DNA of 56,019 nt, from assembly GCA_009781235.1 (NCBI GenBank), contig WQYM01000001.1, positions 1-56,019 of the forward strand. Reading direction: 5' to 3'. The notes below the pieces were generated by a model. It was not told the DNA's origin. It made no database searches and worked only from the letters and a program-made list of their open reading frames with translations. The translations under genes and the position numbers were made by a program. Below are positions 35,851 to 44,667 of the stretch, piece by piece (the first letter of the stretch is position 1; each line of letters begins with the position of its first letter). The stretch comes from Bacillota bacterium. GTDB taxonomy: Bacteria > Bacillota > Clostridia > Christensenellales > Pumilibacteraceae.

Positions 35851-36051
35851 TTATACTCCTGCCACGGCGTTCAGCTTAGCGACAAGCTCGCCGGCATCCG
35901 CGCCGTGCGCCGCAGCCGCTTGCTCGACCGTCTCATTGCGCGACATCGGGCAGCCCAAACAATGCATCCCCAGCGACAAGAACACGGGCGCGGCGTCCGG
36001 GCAAAGGGTTAACACCTCGTGAATGGTCATATCCTTATGAATTTTTGACAT
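35851..36051 (-). CDS. DUF1858-type small redox/disulfide protein
   Basis: MTIHEVLTLCPDAAPVFLSLGMHCLGCPMSRNETVEQAA pattern. Confidence 0.75.
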   Translation of the reverse strand: MSKIHKDMTIHEVLTLCPDAAPVFLSLGMHCLGCPMSRNETVEQAAAAHGADAGELVAKLNAVAGV

Positions 36052-36083
36052 ATAAAATTAGCCCCTCCAACAAGGCTAAAAAG

Positions 36084-36112
36084 AATATACCACTTCTCTT
36101 GTCCCTTGTCAA
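36084..36112 (-). promoter_or_regulatory. sigma70-type promoter
   Basis: On the minus strand: TTGACA - 17 nt - TATATT, followed by a GGAGGGG RBS and the ATG at 36051. Confidence 0.55.
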
Positions 36113-36147
36113 GCGGCGAACGGCTTTTCACAGGAAAACCTGCTCTT

Positions 36148-36210
36148 GGGCGAGGCACGAGGGCGAGGCACGAGGGCGAAGCACGAGGGCGAGGCACGCC
36201 TCGCCCCTAC
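36148..36210. repeat. 3 x GGGCGAGGCACGA tandem units ending in a GGGCGAGGCACGCCTCGCCCCTAC palindrome
   Basis: It has the same REP unit as 11519-11632, here with one half-site amplified. Confidence 0.85.
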
Positions 36211-36240
36211 GGAAATCGGCCAATCAAAAAAAGCGGCTAG

Positions 36241-36266
36241 AAAAAAACGCCTTGCGGCGTTTTTTT
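36241..36266. terminator. bidirectional intrinsic terminator
   Basis: AAAAAAACGCC-TTGC-GGCGTTTTTTT, 12 nt after the GH2 stop. Confidence 0.8.
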
Positions 36267-36277
36267 CATGGGAACTG

Positions 36278-38266
36278 TTACTTCTTTTCCCAGCTGTAAT
36301 TGTTGCCCTTGTTTTTCTTGTTAAGCGTATAGCTTGGATCGGGCGATTCGACCTTGTGGAATACCGCCGCAGCGAACATCTCTCCGCTCCGAACGATAAT
36401 CTCGTTGCGCTTTTTGTCGATATCGGTGAGGATTGAGAACGTGTGCACGTGCTGGTTATTCTCTAATTTTATATTTTCTTTCAGCTTTCCGTTGACGCTG
36501 AGCGACAAGTTTTTGCAATTCGTGTACACCTTTACATTCAATATGTCACCCACGCGGTTTTTGAATCTTTCACCCGCGATGTGTATCATGGGCTCCTTTG
36601 ACCAATACGCTTTGTACAGATAAAACGCGTCCTTCTTAATCTTGCGGTCAAAGGTGACTAAGCCCTTGTGGTTTTTGCCCGGATCCCCGCCTTGGTTGCG
36701 GCCGTCGGAGCCGAAGTCAAAAAGGTTCCATACGTGTGTCGCCCAACACCCGGGGTAGTCCTTCATCAACTCTAGATGCTTTTCGTGGTAGATGCACTGA
36801 TATTCCTCGGTGTTGTCGAGACGCTTAGGCTTAGCGGAATGCAAATTGGGCATACCCTCGGCGCCGTACTCGCTAAGCCCGACCGGCTTTTTTAATTTAT
36901 TTGACGCACCCTTAATCCGGTTGAACGCCCCTTTTGCCGGAAGCGGCGCGTACCACCCGTAGTAGAGGTTCCACGACGCCAAATCCGTCACGCGCGCGGT
37001 GGGGTTGCCGCTGCCGCACATCGCATAGCACGCAACCACGGTATAGCGCTCCGGATCTTCCTTTTTACAAAAGTCATGCAGTTGCTGGTGCGACGCCACA
37101 ACGGACTTTATGGGCTTGGCCTTAATTGTTATCTCATTAGAGACGCCCCAGCAAACAATCGACGGATGGTTGAAGTTTTGACTCACCAATTCGCGCATCT
37201 GCGAGAGCGCATTCTCGTCACCGTTCGGCAGATACTCCGAGATGTACGGGATCTCCGCCCACACGACCAACCCTTTCTCGTCGCACAAGTCGTAAAAATA
37301 TTGGTCGTGCTGGTAGTGCGCCAGCCGGACGGTATTGGCGCCCATCTCTAAGATGATGTCCATATCCTCATCCTGATCTTCCTTTGAGATGGCGTTGCCG
37401 ACCTCCGGGCGATCCTGATGGCGGCACACACCGCGCAAGGGATAGGACTTGCCGTTAAGGAAAAACCCTTTTTTCGGGTCGATTTCCACCGACCGAAAGC
37501 CGCAGCGCTCGACCACCTCGTCCACTACCTCCGAGGCGACGATCAGCTCCGCCTTAACGGTATATAGGAACGGGTCGTCTAAGCCGTTCCAAAGGCGCAC
37601 ATTCGGGAACTCAAACACGGTGCCCGCGCGGCCTTGCGCAATCTCTTTATCGCCCTCGTAGACGGTAATGCGCGTATCGCCCCGGGCTTTGGGGAACGTG
37701 GCCGCCGTCAGGATGCCGAAGCTAATCATGTTGGATCCGCCCAACTGGATGTCGACCACCTCGCGCACCTCGACCTTGGTCGAAAGTTTTAAGGGGACGC
37801 CTCCGTCCGGGCCGAATTCAAAGCAGTCCTTGGGCAGAATAACCATGTAAACGTCGCGGTAGATGCCGCCGTAAAACGTAAAATCCGCCCGCTGGGGATA
37901 CACGCGGTCATTCGGCTCGTTAGAAACCTTGACCGTCAAAATATTGGTGCCCATTTTAAGCGCCGGGGTAATGTCGGCGTTAAACGTCGAATACCCGCCC
38001 TCATGCTTTGCGACGGACTCGTCGTTTAAAAAAACCTCGCACTCGGAGTTGACCCCGCGGAACTGAATGTACACGGTGTCGCCCGGGGCTATCTCGGGGC
38101 GCTGCAACCTTTTGGTATACGTACAGGTCATACGCTCGTAATCGCCGCCGCCGCTTTGGCCGTCGACGCCGTTCCACGTATGCGGGAGATTTACCGGCTC
38201 GGGATCCGAATAGGGTTTCCCGCTGGTCCATGTCCATCCGTCATTAATCAATTCAACCTTTCTCAT
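36278..38266 (-). CDS. glycoside hydrolase family 2 (beta-galactosidase/beta-glucuronidase-like)
   Basis: NTVRLAHY, WGVSNE (acid/base) and LSEYGAEG (nucleophile) motifs. Confidence 0.88.
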   Translation of the reverse strand: MRKVELINDGWTWTSGKPYSDPEPVNLPHTWNGVDGQSGGGDYERMTCTYTKRLQRPEIAPGDTVYIQFRGVNSECEVFLNDESVAKHEGGYSTFNADITPALKMGTNILTVKVSNEPNDRVYPQRADFTFYGGIYRDVYMVILPKDCFEFGPDGGVPLKLSTKVEVREVVDIQLGGSNMISFGILTAATFPKARGDTRITVYEGDKEIAQGRAGTVFEFPNVRLWNGLDDPFLYTVKAELIVASEVVDEVVERCGFRSVEIDPKKGFFLNGKSYPLRGVCRHQDRPEVGNAISKEDQDEDMDIILEMGANTVRLAHYQHDQYFYDLCDEKGLVVWAEIPYISEYLPNGDENALSQMRELVSQNFNHPSIVCWGVSNEITIKAKPIKSVVASHQQLHDFCKKEDPERYTVVACYAMCGSGNPTARVTDLASWNLYYGWYAPLPAKGAFNRIKGASNKLKKPVGLSEYGAEGMPNLHSAKPKRLDNTEEYQCIYHEKHLELMKDYPGCWATHVWNLFDFGSDGRNQGGDPGKNHKGLVTFDRKIKKDAFYLYKAYWSKEPMIHIAGERFKNRVGDILNVKVYTNCKNLSLSVNGKLKENIKLENNQHVHTFSILTDIDKKRNEIIVRSGEMFAAAVFHKVESPDPSYTLNKKNKGNNYSWEKK

Positions 38267-38297
38267 GGTACAATGCTCCTATTTTATTACAAGTACC

Positions 38298-38326
38298 ATA
38301 ATAACACATCAGATTCGCCTTGTCAA
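38298..38326 (-). promoter_or_regulatory. sigma70-type promoter for the GH2 gene
   Basis: On the minus strand: TTGACA - 17 nt - TATTAT, followed by an AGGAG RBS. Confidence 0.6.
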
Positions 38327-38374
38327 CAAGATAAAATATGAAATACAAAATATAAAATATGTTTTTTGGACTTC

Positions 38375-40276
38375 TTATTCGCGTTTGGCGGCCCAAAGCC
38401 CGGAATTCGCGGCTTTAGATTCGTCGCGCATCTTAACCGTCGAGACGTTGCGCTCTTTTGTAACCGTAAAATGCGAGACGGCATTCGGAGCGTCCGGCAA
38501 GGCTGCGATCGTTTCGGCATAAAAACGGGCGTTGTGCGTCAACACAAAAAGCTGCTTAACGCGACAAGCTTGCGCGGGGAGCTCAAAGCCGTCTTGGCCT
38601 TGTAGGCAATCCGCAAGGCAGTCCTCCGCTATACGGCAAACGGCATCGGCGACGAGCGAAACGGTATCGTCGTCCAAGCCCGAAACCGGGTCGTCGATTA
38701 CCACAATTGTATCCGCGGCGGCGCCGTCGTCCGCAAAGCTCCCCCGGACAAGATGACAAAAGTAAAAGAACGCGATAAAGCCGCGCTCGCCCTCGCTAAG
38801 ATTGTCCGCGACGGAGCCGTCCTCGCGGACGACCTCGTAAACGCTTGCTTTGCCCGCCTTTGGGCGCAAATAAAAGCCGGAAAAATCCGCATCCCGCAGC
38901 ATTCCGTTTATGCCCTCCACCGCCGGTGCGGCGCTTATGACGCTTTTATTGAGCGCGGATATTTCTGCATCCAGCACGCGGAAGCGCTCCGCGCCGTCGG
39001 AGATTTGCCGGGATAGCACGGCAATCTCCCCTTCGAGGTTGTTTTGGTTTGTCCTAAAATACGCAAGCTCGCTTTTGAGCGCATGCGCGATGTGCTGCCA
39101 CACTTTTTGTGTGCACTCCGCCTTTTTTTCCCTTTTTGCGGCGACGACGGCGTTGCTTGTGCGGATTTGCCGGTTAAACCCCTCGATTAGCCCGTTAAGC
39201 TCGGCGCGAAGCGGTTTTAGATTTTCAAGCCCGATAACCTGCGACGGCTCTTTTATTTTATCTGCAATCCGCTTTAAATTCACCTCGACCGCTTGCTCAA
39301 ACAATTCGAGTTTTGACTTGTATTCGGCAAGCTCCAATTTTGGAAACGCGCCTTGCAGATTTTCGCGCAAAACGCTTATAAATTCCCGCATATCGCCGGC
39401 ATACGCGCTTTGAAAACTTTTTAATGCCTCAACCTCCGCTTGATACTGCCCGTCGAAAGCCCCCGCAAATTGCGCGTCAAAATCGTCCGGCAGTTCCTCT
39501 TGGCAATACGGGCACTTCCCGCCTGCAAGCGGCGCATAGCGCGCATGGCCCGCGCGTACCCAGTCCGCAGCGCTTATCGCGTTTATAAAGCGGGAAAATT
39601 CCGTCCCGCCGCTTCCGGTGATGACCTTTGCCAGTAATTCGTTGCCCCGGGTGCCCTTGAGCCTTATCACCTCTCCGACCAGCCGGAATTCCGGGTACTC
39701 GGCGGCGCGCGGGTCAAACGCCGCGTCGCAGAGAACCGCCAAAGCGTCCTCGTCATGCTCTTGCGGATTTTGCGTCTCCAGCGCTTTTTGGGCGAACGAC
39801 GCCTTGAGCTTAGCGCCTGACAGTGCCGCACCGAACCGTTCGCGTAAAGTTTTTGCCCCGACCCAGCAGCTTTCCTGAAAAAATCCGGCCAGCGCGTTTT
39901 TCTCGGATGCTTTTTGCTCCCTTTGGGTAGTTTTTTCTATCGTCGAACGCTCAAGCTCTGCGCGTTCGTCGGACTTTTGCGCAATCTTGCTTTGAATTTC
40001 GGCGTTGTGCTTGCCGACGGTGAATACGCCTTTAAGGTTGCCGTAGCCCCGGAAATTTTCCGCGATAAACTCTTGGTTGAACACAAGCGCGGAATAGTCG
40101 GCGGCGGATTTGCCCGGCAAAAAGGTTAAGCCCTCGGCGCGCCCGACCGCGCTTGCTATGGTGGATTTTCCGGTGCCGTTGCCGCCGTAAAAAAAGCTGA
40201 CGGCGGTCGGCATAAAGCTAACGCCGCTGAAGGTTGCGGCGTTGAGCGTGATTTTTTGAATGGGGCTAGTACGCAT
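38375..40276 (-). CDS. AAA_13-type (RloC/PrrC-like, Rad50-like) ABC ATPase without recognisable nuclease domain
   Basis: Walker A FFYGGNGTGKST, a coiled-coil insert with CPYCQ, signature LSEGERGFIAFFYF, Walker B IVVIDDPVSGLD, and H-loop LTHN. Confidence 0.8.
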   Translation of the reverse strand: MRTSPIQKITLNAATFSGVSFMPTAVSFFYGGNGTGKSTIASAVGRAEGLTFLPGKSAADYSALVFNQEFIAENFRGYGNLKGVFTVGKHNAEIQSKIAQKSDERAELERSTIEKTTQREQKASEKNALAGFFQESCWVGAKTLRERFGAALSGAKLKASFAQKALETQNPQEHDEDALAVLCDAAFDPRAAEYPEFRLVGEVIRLKGTRGNELLAKVITGSGGTEFSRFINAISAADWVRAGHARYAPLAGGKCPYCQEELPDDFDAQFAGAFDGQYQAEVEALKSFQSAYAGDMREFISVLRENLQGAFPKLELAEYKSKLELFEQAVEVNLKRIADKIKEPSQVIGLENLKPLRAELNGLIEGFNRQIRTSNAVVAAKREKKAECTQKVWQHIAHALKSELAYFRTNQNNLEGEIAVLSRQISDGAERFRVLDAEISALNKSVISAAPAVEGINGMLRDADFSGFYLRPKAGKASVYEVVREDGSVADNLSEGERGFIAFFYFCHLVRGSFADDGAAADTIVVIDDPVSGLDDDTVSLVADAVCRIAEDCLADCLQGQDGFELPAQACRVKQLFVLTHNARFYAETIAALPDAPNAVSHFTVTKERNVSTVKMRDESKAANSGLWAAKRE

Positions 40277-41882
40277 CGTCGTCGTCCCCTTGAATGGCGG
40301 GATTGTGGGTTCGGGGCTCGGAATTCGGGGCTCGGGATTCGGGGTTCGGGATTCGGGGTATTAAGTTGTCTTCCTTTAACTGACCACCGACCACCGACCA
40401 CTGACCACTCTCCTCGGGGTTCGGGATTCGGGGTATTAACTCGTCTTCCTTTAACTGACCGCTGGCCACTGGCCACTGACCACTGACCCCCATAGGAGCC
40501 GATGCCCTCGCTGGCCCGCCGTCCCCTGTCCCTACGGTATCTATCCGTTGTTCACCGGCCATCCCTTCTCTCCGCAATTCCTCACTCCTAATTCCTAATT
40601 CCTCATTCGCCTCATTCGCCTCGTTCTCACCTGCCTCGTCCTCCATGGCCGGCAGCGCCAAAATCTCACGTCCGGCGATGCCTTCTAAGTCGCCGCTCAT
40701 GCCGCAGAGGCTTTTAGAAACCTTTTCGATGATTTTTTCCTGCGCCGCCCAACGCTTCTGCGCCTGCTTTTTTTCGAGCGCGAGCTGGCGCGCCATTTCG
40801 TCGTAGGACTCGATGACGCTGCGGATCCGGGAGGCGAATTCCCCGCCCGTCAGATAATTGTACATCATCTCTATTTTGACGTCCTTGCCGCTTGCGTTCC
40901 GGTTGGCGACAAAAACTCTTACGCACACCTCGCGCAAAAGCGAGGCAAGCATCACGGCATAGCGGGGCTTGACCATCCAAATGTTGCCCTCAATCTGCTT
41001 AAAGTCCTCACCGCCGCCGTCGGTCGGGCGAAACACCAAAACGCCGATTTGCGCTTTTTCTTCCGCCATGACGTCTTTGAGTTTTTCGAGCCATTTAGGG
41101 GAATACGCCTTGGCGTTTTTACATTCCCATACAATCAGGCCGCAGTTTTGATAAAATTGTTCGTTTACGGTTTGGCGGACGTCGGAACCTTGCTCGCCTT
41201 TTTTAACCTCTCTAACCGAGTCATAAGGAAAATGGGCACGCAAGGATTGCTCTAAGTCAAGCTCTAAAATTTCACCCTGCGCCTGCTGCGAGCCTTGTTC
41301 GGCCACCTGCTTTGCCGCCGTCAGTTGCTCGCGCAATTTAGAAATGGTTTCTTGCTGTTCGCGGATTTGCGTATAAAAGTCCTCGGACGCCGCCCTTACC
41401 GCCTCCTCGCGGATGAGCTTTTCTTTTGAGAGCAGCTCCTTGCGGGCGGCAAGCTCGGCGTCTTTTTTTGCCTCGGCGGCTTTCGACAATTCCTCGAGCA
41501 GCCCTTTTTGCTGCTCGCGCAATCTGTCCGCGCTGTCTTGGGCGTTTTTGGCCTCGCGGCGGAGCTTCTCGTTTTCGAGCTCGGTGGATTGCTTGGCGTT
41601 TTCCAGCGCCAGCTCCGTCGCTTGCTTGGTTCTCTCTAATTCAAGCTTGGCGTTTTGGCGTTCACGTAAAAGCTTTTGCTCCGCCGCTTGCTCCGCCTCG
41701 CGCACGGCCGATAACACCGCCTGCTTCTCGTTTTCCTCGGCGCGCGACAAAAACTCCCGGCGCAAATTTTCTTCCTGCCCGGCCTTGGCTTTTGTCAGCT
41801 CGTCCTCTATTTGGCGCTGAATGGCGTCGGTTATTTCAAAAGGATTTTTGCAATTTGGGCAAACGATTACGGTTCCGCTCAT
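40266..41882 (-). CDS. DUF2130-like protein: N-terminal CPNC zinc-ribbon-like motif, long coiled coil, PD-(D/E)xK-like core, repeat-derived C-terminal tail
   Basis: MSGTVIVCPNCKNPF. There are about 190 aa of E/K/Q/A-rich heptads. GSDV...IVWECKNAK (D...ExK). From about aa 405 the tail is encoded by repeat elements. Confidence 0.75.
   Translation of the reverse strand: MSGTVIVCPNCKNPFEITDAIQRQIEDELTKAKAGQEENLRREFLSRAEENEKQAVLSAVREAEQAAEQKLLRERQNAKLELERTKQATELALENAKQSTELENEKLRREAKNAQDSADRLREQQKGLLEELSKAAEAKKDAELAARKELLSKEKLIREEAVRAASEDFYTQIREQQETISKLREQLTAAKQVAEQGSQQAQGEILELDLEQSLRAHFPYDSVREVKKGEQGSDVRQTVNEQFYQNCGLIVWECKNAKAYSPKWLEKLKDVMAEEKAQIGVLVFRPTDGGGEDFKQIEGNIWMVKPRYAVMLASLLREVCVRVFVANRNASGKDVKIEMMYNYLTGGEFASRIRSVIESYDEMARQLALEKKQAQKRWAAQEKIIEKVSKSLCGMSGDLEGIAGREILALPAMEDEAGENEANEANEELGIRSEELRREGMAGEQRIDTVGTGDGGPARASAPMGVSGQWPVASGQLKEDELIPRIPNPEESGQWSVVGGQLKEDNLIPRIPNPESRAPNSEPRTHNPAIQGDDDDAY
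40307..40488 (-). repeat. two tandem copies of a two-array element ((GGTCAGT)n - GTTAAAGGAAGAC - (CCCCGAA)n) in the DUF2130 tail
   Basis: The copies are 40307-40409 and 40413-40488, homologous to 44565-44660. They are translated as SGQW.V.GGQLKED.LIPRIPNPE. Confidence 0.8.
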
Positions 41883-43777
41883 GTGAGCTCAGCCTTTCCC
41901 GCGAACTCGGCAGGGATGGGAACCGCATTCACCGACGGCTCGGCAATCTTTGCCTCAGAACGCGTCCAAATCTTTTTGTATAATTTGTCTAAAAAATTGT
42001 CTTTTATGGGCGGCAGCTCCTTACCCGTCTTTTTGTCGATACGCGGCTTTTTGACGGGAATGAATTCGGGGGGGACCTGGTCAATTGTCTGCCAGGTTGC
42101 CATCGCTTGTTCCATGCTCATGCCGCCCGTAACCGCCGCTTTGCGCACCGCGTTTACCGCCTGTACTTCGGCGATTTTTTTGCCCGAAAGTTTGTAGCGC
42201 GTCATGCAAAAAAGCGTAATCAGCCACGTTGCCATCGGGATGATGCAGAATGTTACAATCGCGGCGAGCTCCATGCCGGGCATATAGGGCGTGACCTCTC
42301 CGGGCAGGGCGTTGAGCCCCGGCACCATAAAGACGATGAACAACTGTAAGAGCAGTACTTGCAAGGAGGAAATCAATTTGTCGATGAACGAAAACATCGT
42401 GGACACGATGCCGGGCACAAACTTGCCGCTCCGGTACGTTTCGTAGTCGATGATATCGGCCACCATCGGAATCGTCATTTGATCCGTCACGTTAAACGCG
42501 CCGTAGCCGCACCCGTATAATATGATGAACAAAATCGTGTAGAAGTTTATGGTAAGCTTAAAGCCGCCCTCTAAGGTGTACAACGACAAATAGGTCGCGG
42601 GATTGTCGTGATTATACAGGGCAAGCAATACCGTTACGCCGATATAGAAAATAATCGCAAACAACGCAAACTGCGTGACGGCGCGCTTTTGACCCTTGCG
42701 GCCGCCCGTTTTGGCACCCCACACCAAAAACACGCCCATAAAAATGAAGCATAGCGCGTAAAACGGAATAAACAGGCCGTTGTAGTCGTCCATTAAACAA
42801 CCGAATAACAGGAACGCAACCGCAGCGCTGGTGGCGATGGTTGAGCCTAATTTGTTAAAACCGGCGGAGAGCACCAGCCAACGCAGTTCCTTATTCCCTT
42901 TGACCACGCCGAGGTAATCCTTCGCTTTGACGGGCTCCTTCGACACGCCCCAAAACTCGGGCTTATCCTTGTCCTTGATTGCCATAACCGCCATAAACGT
43001 ATAAACCGCGGAGAGGCCCACAATCAGCGGCACCATGATGAAATAAAACGTCGAGCCGTACGCCGCGCCGAACAGTCTTACGGTTTCGCCCGCGTGCTCA
43101 TACAAAATCTCGCCTTTCAGCCCGACGGGCAAAACACCCGGCAGCAGCCCCATCGCCACGACGTTGACCAGCACGATGCTGCCGAGCATTCCGATGGTGT
43201 TCCACATCCCGAATTGCGAACGCTGCTTGGGGTCGTTGGTCAAGCAGGATTGGCCCGCGCGCGTGACTGCCGTTTGAAAGCTGTAAAAGCACACAAACAT
43301 GATATAGCCCAAAATGAATACCAGCCAGCGCGCCCACATAACGGAGGCGGGCACCAGCATCGAGCCGAATATCATGAATATTACCGAGATCGCAAGCGTG
43401 GCGTTGCCGAAAACCATGAACGGGCGGAATTTGCCGAACTTGGTTTTGGTGCGATCCAACAGCCCGCCGACAAAAACGTCGGTGATGCCGTCCAGCACGC
43501 GCATACAAGGCGCAAAAATACTGACGAACGTGCTGACGCCGATGACCAACGCGCCGGATAATACCGCGCCTGCAACGGCCGCGCCCATACTGCCCGTCAG
43601 CGACATCGTGGCGAAAAACACAAAGAATTGCACGAACGCAAAGTATAAATTCGTCGCCGCGTTGTTAAACGGAAACAGCGCAATCTGCCATTGCTTTGCC
43701 CGATGAAGCCCCTGTACGGTTGCTCCGGCCGCCGGGGACGATGCTGCCGCCGGGGACGATGCCGTTTTTTCTTCCAT
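41879..43777 (-). CDS. GPH/MFS-type sugar:cation symporter with about 90-aa cytoplasmic C-terminal extension
   Basis: It has 12-ish hydrophobic segments. The start was trimmed to ATG 43777 (MEEKTASS), which has a GGAG RBS. Its stop overlaps the DUF2130 ATG (ATGA). Confidence 0.75.
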   Translation of the reverse strand: MEEKTASSPAAASSPAAGATVQGLHRAKQWQIALFPFNNAATNLYFAFVQFFVFFATMSLTGSMGAAVAGAVLSGALVIGVSTFVSIFAPCMRVLDGITDVFVGGLLDRTKTKFGKFRPFMVFGNATLAISVIFMIFGSMLVPASVMWARWLVFILGYIMFVCFYSFQTAVTRAGQSCLTNDPKQRSQFGMWNTIGMLGSIVLVNVVAMGLLPGVLPVGLKGEILYEHAGETVRLFGAAYGSTFYFIMVPLIVGLSAVYTFMAVMAIKDKDKPEFWGVSKEPVKAKDYLGVVKGNKELRWLVLSAGFNKLGSTIATSAAVAFLLFGCLMDDYNGLFIPFYALCFIFMGVFLVWGAKTGGRKGQKRAVTQFALFAIIFYIGVTVLLALYNHDNPATYLSLYTLEGGFKLTINFYTILFIILYGCGYGAFNVTDQMTIPMVADIIDYETYRSGKFVPGIVSTMFSFIDKLISSLQVLLLQLFIVFMVPGLNALPGEVTPYMPGMELAAIVTFCIIPMATWLITLFCMTRYKLSGKKIAEVQAVNAVRKAAVTGGMSMEQAMATWQTIDQVPPEFIPVKKPRIDKKTGKELPPIKDNFLDKLYKKIWTRSEAKIAEPSVNAVPIPAEFAGKAELT

Positions 43778-43907
43778 AATAAAAACTCCTTTGTCATTTG
43801 CGTTAAACAGAGTCGGAAAAAATATTAAGACGATTTTATCATATAAATTCGCCAAAGTCAATTCAATTAATTGAAAAAAATTTTGTTGATTTCTTGCCAA
43901 AAAATGT

Positions 43908-43936
43908 TTGCCTTTAAAAACTATACGTGTTATACT
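43908..43936 (+). promoter_or_regulatory. sigma70-type promoter
   Basis: TTGCCT - 17 nt - TATACT, with a TG immediately upstream of the -10 (TGTTATACT). Confidence 0.55.
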
Positions 43937-43972
43937 GAATATATCAATATTTTTTGGAGGTATATAACACTT

Positions 43973-44203
43973 ATGGCAGGAAAAAAAAGTAGAGGCAAGG
44001 GCTTTTTGGGGCTCGGATGGCTGATTACACTTATTTTGGTCATTCTTGCGCCGTTTGGCTGGATTCTCGGCACGATCGAGCGGCTTTTACGCGGGAATCT
44101 TCTGGGAGCGATCGTTAATTTCTTAGGTTATGGGTTCGGCATCTTATGGATTTGCGACATTGTGACGCTGATACTGTCCAAAGACATAAGAATCCTAGCC
44201 TAA
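43973..44203 (+). CDS. small 2-TM membrane protein
   Basis: MAGKKSRGKGFLGLGWLITLILVILAPFGW... GGAGG lies 12 nt upstream. A terminator follows. Confidence 0.6.
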   Translation: MAGKKSRGKGFLGLGWLITLILVILAPFGWILGTIERLLRGNLLGAIVNFLGYGFGILWICDIVTLILSKDIRILA

Positions 44204-44222
44204 CCGGGCAAAAGCGGTTCGC

Positions 44223-44264
44223 AAAAAAACGGCCCCGAAAAACAATGTTTTTCGGAGCCGTTTG
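44223..44264. terminator. intrinsic terminator
   Basis: AAAAAAACGGCCCCGAAAAACA-A-TGTTTTTCGGAGCCGTTT. Confidence 0.7.
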
Positions 44265-44303
44265 CCTTGCATGAATTTAACACTACCAAAACCTAAAATT
44301 TAC

Positions 44304-44357
44304 GCCGAAGGTGTAAAGCATGGGCAGCCCGGGGTGAGCGTAAGCGTAACAGCGGGG
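44304..44357. repeat. single half-copy of the GGGTAACCCGGGG palindrome family
   Basis: GCCGAAGGTGTAAAGCATGGGCAGCCCGGGGTGAGCGTAAGCGTAACAGCGGGG is homologous to the reverse complement of 51069-51120. Confidence 0.65.
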
Positions 44358-44387
44358 AAAATGCTACTCCCTAATCGAACCCTGGAA

Positions 44388-44458
44388 GTGACCCGGTCAA
44401 TGCGTGTCCCGTGACCCGGTCAATGCGTGTCCCGTGACCCGGTCACCGTGCACGGGAC
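44388..44458. repeat. 2.5 tandem copies of the 23-mer GTGACCCGGTCAATGCGTGTCCC ending in a hairpin
   Basis: The copies are 44388-44410, 44411-44433 and a partial copy at 44434-44458 (GTCCCGTG...CACGGGAC). Confidence 0.85.
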
Positions 44459-44484
44459 ATTATTCGCTTTTGACATTGCGTGTT

Positions 44485-44557
44485 CCGATGCCCTCGCTGG
44501 TCCGCACCGCATAGTCCGTGTCGATGACGGCGGGTCAGCGAGGGCATCGACCCCTAC
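44485..44557. repeat. REPIN-like doublet CCGATGCCCTCGCTGGTCCGC ... GCGGGTCAGCGAGGGCATCGACCCCTAC
   Basis: Inverted units. A related half-unit occurs in the DUF2130 tail (about 40497-40530). Confidence 0.75.
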
Positions 44558-44564
44558 GAGAATT

Positions 44565-44660
44565 CAGTTTTCAGTTTTCAGTTGTCGGTTGTCAGTTGAA
44601 AGAAGATGGATTTGTATCCTGTCCCCCGAGCCCCGAATCCCGAACCCCGAACCCCGAAAA
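44565..44660 (+). mobile_element. two-array element ((CAGTTTT/CAGTTGT)n - GAAAGAAGATGGATTTG - (CCCCGAA)n)
   Basis: The arrays are 44565-44597 and 44623-44660. It ends 8 nt from the stop of the acyl-CoA synthetase gene. Confidence 0.75.
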
Positions 44661-44667
44661 TCGCCCC

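Noticed and set aside
40156-40486. ORFs on both strands encoding GFGIRGSGFG / PNPEPR-type peptides.
   Set aside because: They are translations of the CCCCGAA and GGTCAGT arrays inside the DUF2130 tail, not independent genes.
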